A stretch of DNA of 64,000 nucleotides from Strigamia acuminata (taxonomy: Eukaryota). The stretch covers positions 15,810,001-15,874,000 of the forward strand of contig OX442314.1 in NCBI GenBank assembly GCA_949358305.1, read 5' to 3'. A program made the position numbers and the translations under genes. This document shows positions 59,948 to 64,000 of this stretch, in pieces. Numbering within the stretch: the stretch's first letter is position 1; each line of letters starts with the position of its first letter. Below the pieces are notes generated by a model that was not told where the DNA came from, made no database searches, and worked only from the letters and a program-made list of their open reading frames with translations.

Positions 59948-62900
59948 GAGATCTCGCCTACTCGCTCGGATCTTTTATTAACTTCGAAAAAAGACTGACG
60001 TTCGAAGCCTTGGGATTATTTAGATGAAAAAAGGGACATTCATCTCGTATTTAAATATAATGGAATCATAACTCGTGAAGTCTTGTCACGTGGTTATGGT
60101 GTTCAAATAGTTTTGGTGTAGAGGGAAAATATTTTTACATTTGCATATTGTAACTGTAGATGTAAATGGGAGAGAAAAATACAAATATTAAACTTGATAA
60201 TAAAGAAATGAAACGAGCTTCTGTGATGACGTCAATCGGCACCTTGACATTTGCCACAAGCTTCCTGATTATGGCAGTTAGCCACACATGTGGGTATAAC
60301 GTAAAGGCCTAATGCAAATACACGTGTTGCGTGTTATTTTGTGCTTATCTCATTCATGTAACTGAGAATTGATCAATTACGATGTTTTTCCATTGAATGA
60401 ATAACAGTAATTTAGTTAGATTAACCTCCAGAACAAGGTGCTGACACCTGATGTGAATAAATTGGAGTTTTTAGAATCGATTTTAATTGAAATAATTGCA
60501 ATTTATGGGCGATTGATCTCTACTTGAATTGGCATTTAGCACACTTGCGAAATCGCGATTGGTCTTAAAAATGTGGCTATAAAACTGATATATGAATACA
60601 CTACAAGTGGTATAATTGAAAGTAATTACTCCACTAACCTTTGAGACATGGAATTTATATTGTAATAAGCAATGTCTTAAAGCAATTTTTTTTAATTGAA
60701 CGAAAAGGTGACTAATATGCGACATATCGGTTACGTGAACGATTCTTTCCTTCGGTTTTCTAATTAAATTTTTTAGGTGCAGTACTTTTTATTAATTTTT
60801 TTTGTTAGAAAATAATTTGATTTAATAAAACTATCACGTTCGAAAAATCATTTTAATTTTAGTTTTTGTATATTTTGTAATGTATTTTATATTCAACCAC
60901 AAGACATTAAACTCCACATGGGGTGAAAATTACTTTCTGCTTTTAATATCCACCTTAAGGTTCACTAAACTGAACTGGTAATGTTTTGTGCACCGGAAAG
61001 GAGACGAGGCAGAATTGAATTGCTTACAAATTATTTGATTAAAATGTGGATTTTGAATTTGTTCATGTCACGAGGAGGGGCAAAAAAAACGGGTGTTTGA
61101 GAGAGAAAAAAGAAAAGTTAAATTTACATCTTCATTTCGTAGTGTAATAAGTTTTTTGGGGACATACCTCTAAGCACGGTGTGAAAAATCTGGTTACGGT
61201 TGTTTACAAGCGCAGTTACACCTGTTGGTTGTCATTTGAATCAATTTGCTTAATGATATTATCAAATTAGAAAAAAAGTATAACCTTGATTGAAATAGTC
61301 GTGTTATTTTATTTTTTTTTTAAATGTAAACAGGATAGTGTGCGGATACACGTTTTTATTTTGCTTCAAAAGAATGTATCAAGTTGAGTTTTTTTTTTTT
61401 TAATGGGAAAAAAAATTATTTTGTAAGAACATGTGGCAATTTTCAAAAAATAAATTAAAATCTGGAGAAGCTAAAAAAAAAATTTTAAAATTAAAAAAAA
61501 AAAATCAAAATCTGGTTTCATATCTGTGATAATGGCTTAATTGATGGGAAAATAATCAATTTTTTCTTTCATTTTTTTAGATTAAAAAAAAAAGATTTTA
61601 TATTGTTTCAAAGGTTTTCTCATAGAAAACTACAATAAAAAATGGTGTACTCTCTCGAGATGTAATTATTACTTTTTATATTTCTATCCAATTGATAATG
61701 ATAGTGATTGTCACTCGCGTGTGCAAATTTGATAAAAACTAATTTATACTTTGCTTTGAAGAACTTGTGATTGCCAAATGAGTGTAATGAAGAATTTGTC
61801 GATAAAAATAGTAGAATCAAACGTAAAAAAATTCAAGAATGTTGTAATTACTGTCATAAAAATGAAGATTTACGACTATAATTTATTGAACTACATTTTT
61901 TAAAATGTTTTATTACAATATTTGCCGAAAAAGAATTTTTAATTATGACAAAAAGACGGAAAAAAATGAATTCTGGGGAAACCAAACAACACATGTTCGA
62001 TTCGCAGACAACACATGTTTTATCACTACGACATAAAAGTTTCCTACCAACGGTCCTATGTGGATGTGGTTCAGTAGGGCAAGGGTCTGATTGGGCATTC
62101 AACTATTAATAAGAGATGAACTTGCTGATTTTGACTTTCCCAAACTGGGAGGATGGGGGAGAGAAAGTGATTTTTTTTTAATCGAATGAGGTTAAAGGGA
62201 AAATTGGACGACAGATGCGTTAATAACTGAGAAAAAGCAGGGCTGTTCGCTAAATTTCGCTCACGCCCTTCACTTTGGAATCAAGTGAGGCTTCTGTGAC
62301 GTTTTCGGTCCCGTGTGTGTGTGTGTGCACTCAGAACAAGTTGCAAGGCCGGTCTAATAGGATTGAAAATAGCTGCAATTGGCGTCTAATGTGGTAAGAT
62401 TGATTTGGCTCACAATTCTAGGGTTTAATGGGAGGAAATTTGAATTTATTTTGACCATTTTGTACGAGAATTGTTGGTGTTAATGGGAATAATGTTTTAT
62501 TTATAGCAAATTCTTGCCAATATATTAATCGAGTTCAAATTTTGTGGCTTGAAATAAGGCGTAACCTAAATTAAAAGTTTTATAAGTGAATATATATATG
62601 ACCCATTTGGTTAATAAAGTTGGATTTCGGTGTGGATCCACTTCAGACACTGTCTAGTAGAAATCAAATGGGTTGGAATTAGTATTTCTTTCGTTTGTAA
62701 TGAAAGTAATTCGTATTTTGATGATTTATTTCTGAAGCAAAAGAAAACGTGTGAATTTTCTAACGAAAGTATTTTGGGGAAATAAAATTCACAACTTGTA
62801 GAATTCCAAATAAATCAAAATAATTCACTTATTTTTGCTCGGAGTTGCGTGCCCAAACTGGTTTGTTGCCCACAGACGTGTCTTTTGTGATGAACGATTC

Positions 62901-64000
62901 GATTGTGAGGTTTGATAAGGGAAGATTCATACCTCATTATTATATATTAAAGGTGTGAATCCATTAAATGTCATGTAACCCTTTTTTTTATTGCATTGGC
63001 TATTGGGCAATTTGGATCGGGGAATATCAACAAAAGATATTTGCATCGTTTATTTGTTTGGACGGTCAATGTCTGAAACATAAAATAGAAATATATAATT
63101 AAGTAATTTTTATGCTATTGCAATTTTATCGTGTTATTCAAAGACATGTTTGTCTGTGGTTGAAAATGTAAACAGTTATTCATATTTCAATGGAATAATA
63201 AGGAAATTTTTGATTATTATTTTTCTCGGAATTCTCTTTTTTTTTTCTCGGTTTTTAAAAAAAAACAAAAATTATGAAAATTGATATTTTTGTAATAAAA
63301 AAAAAAAGGTTACATACTTGAACTTTTTATAGATTTTCAAGTTGAAAATTACTCGAATGCCATTTAAAAAACGATTTATATCAGATTATATCGGAGTTAA
63401 CTCAACCCTCGTACAGATGGCGAGTTTGCGTATGACGCACTTGTGACGTCAGTAGATAATAGGTTCACTTGCCCGGGCAACCGGGGCTCCAAATGGGTGC
63501 AAAAATAAAAACAAAATACAAAAACATACACATTTAGATGAAACATAAAAATTAAAATACAGATATCAACAATTATACGATCCGATAATTTACAAATTCA
63601 AACATCCATGGCTTTGAATGGTTTTACCGAAGATTTGTAGTCGGGATAAAAATTCAAAATCAGATAATTTTTTAATTTTTGAAATTCGTGTTTGGGAATT
63701 GTAAAACAAGCAAAAGGACAAATAATCAACAAACCAATGATAAAAATCATTAGTAACGATGTAAAAAGCTATTTTCATGCTAGTATTTGATGATAGGGGG
63801 AGTTAGACGTGGCCATCTGGAATGATTTTCATCCCGCCTTTCCTCTTGTATTGACGTCACGATCGAGTTGAGTCCCAGCAGAATTTGAAAGTTTGCACAA
63901 TCCGACACAGACAACGATAGTTTTCTTTCAAACATCTTGTTTACTTCGAGTTGTCGAGCAATTCCGACTTAGTGACATCTATGGAGTGTTAATGTAAGTG

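Noticed and set aside
1..64000. CRISPR arrays, operons, rRNA/tRNA genes, autonomous transposons
   Set aside because: None recognisable; the sequence is spliceosomal-intron-rich eukaryotic DNA with no repeat-spacer arrays or RT/transposase ORFs.

Overview
AT-rich eukaryotic (invertebrate, probably arthropod) genomic DNA with typical introns of about 55-80 nt; no prokaryotic features, rRNA, tRNA or CRISPR arrays were seen. A very compact gene block from 13.3 to 54.3 kb is flanked by two large-intron genes. On the left are the first two coding exons of CRIM1 (minus strand, running off the window); on the right is an N-terminal exon of a probable inositol-trisphosphate 3-kinase followed by >7 kb of intron. 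The compact block reads SNX5/6(-), a 66-aa uORF plus MKKS/BBS6(+), YAE1(-), an SLX4IP-like gene(+), VIPAS39(-), CENP-E-like kinesin(+), classical calpain(-), two orphan membrane ORFs(+), mitochondrial TFB2M-like(-), an MBD-PHD-F-box-LRR gene(+), and a 58-aa mitoregulin-like micropeptide(-). Highlights: (1) the uORF in front of MKKS resembles the human MKKS 5'-leader microprotein, suggesting an ancient bicistronic locus; (2) an invertebrate mitoregulin; (3) SLX4IP N-terminal domain apparently joined to a PWWP3A/MUM1-like C-terminal domain, still next to MKKS; (4) an MBD-PHD-F-box-LRR gene with a possible F-box-less isoform; (5) a U12-type intron in calpain; (6) CTCF-like sites at both edges of the block. 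Homology calls come from manual exon assembly and remembered reference sequences, not from database searches.
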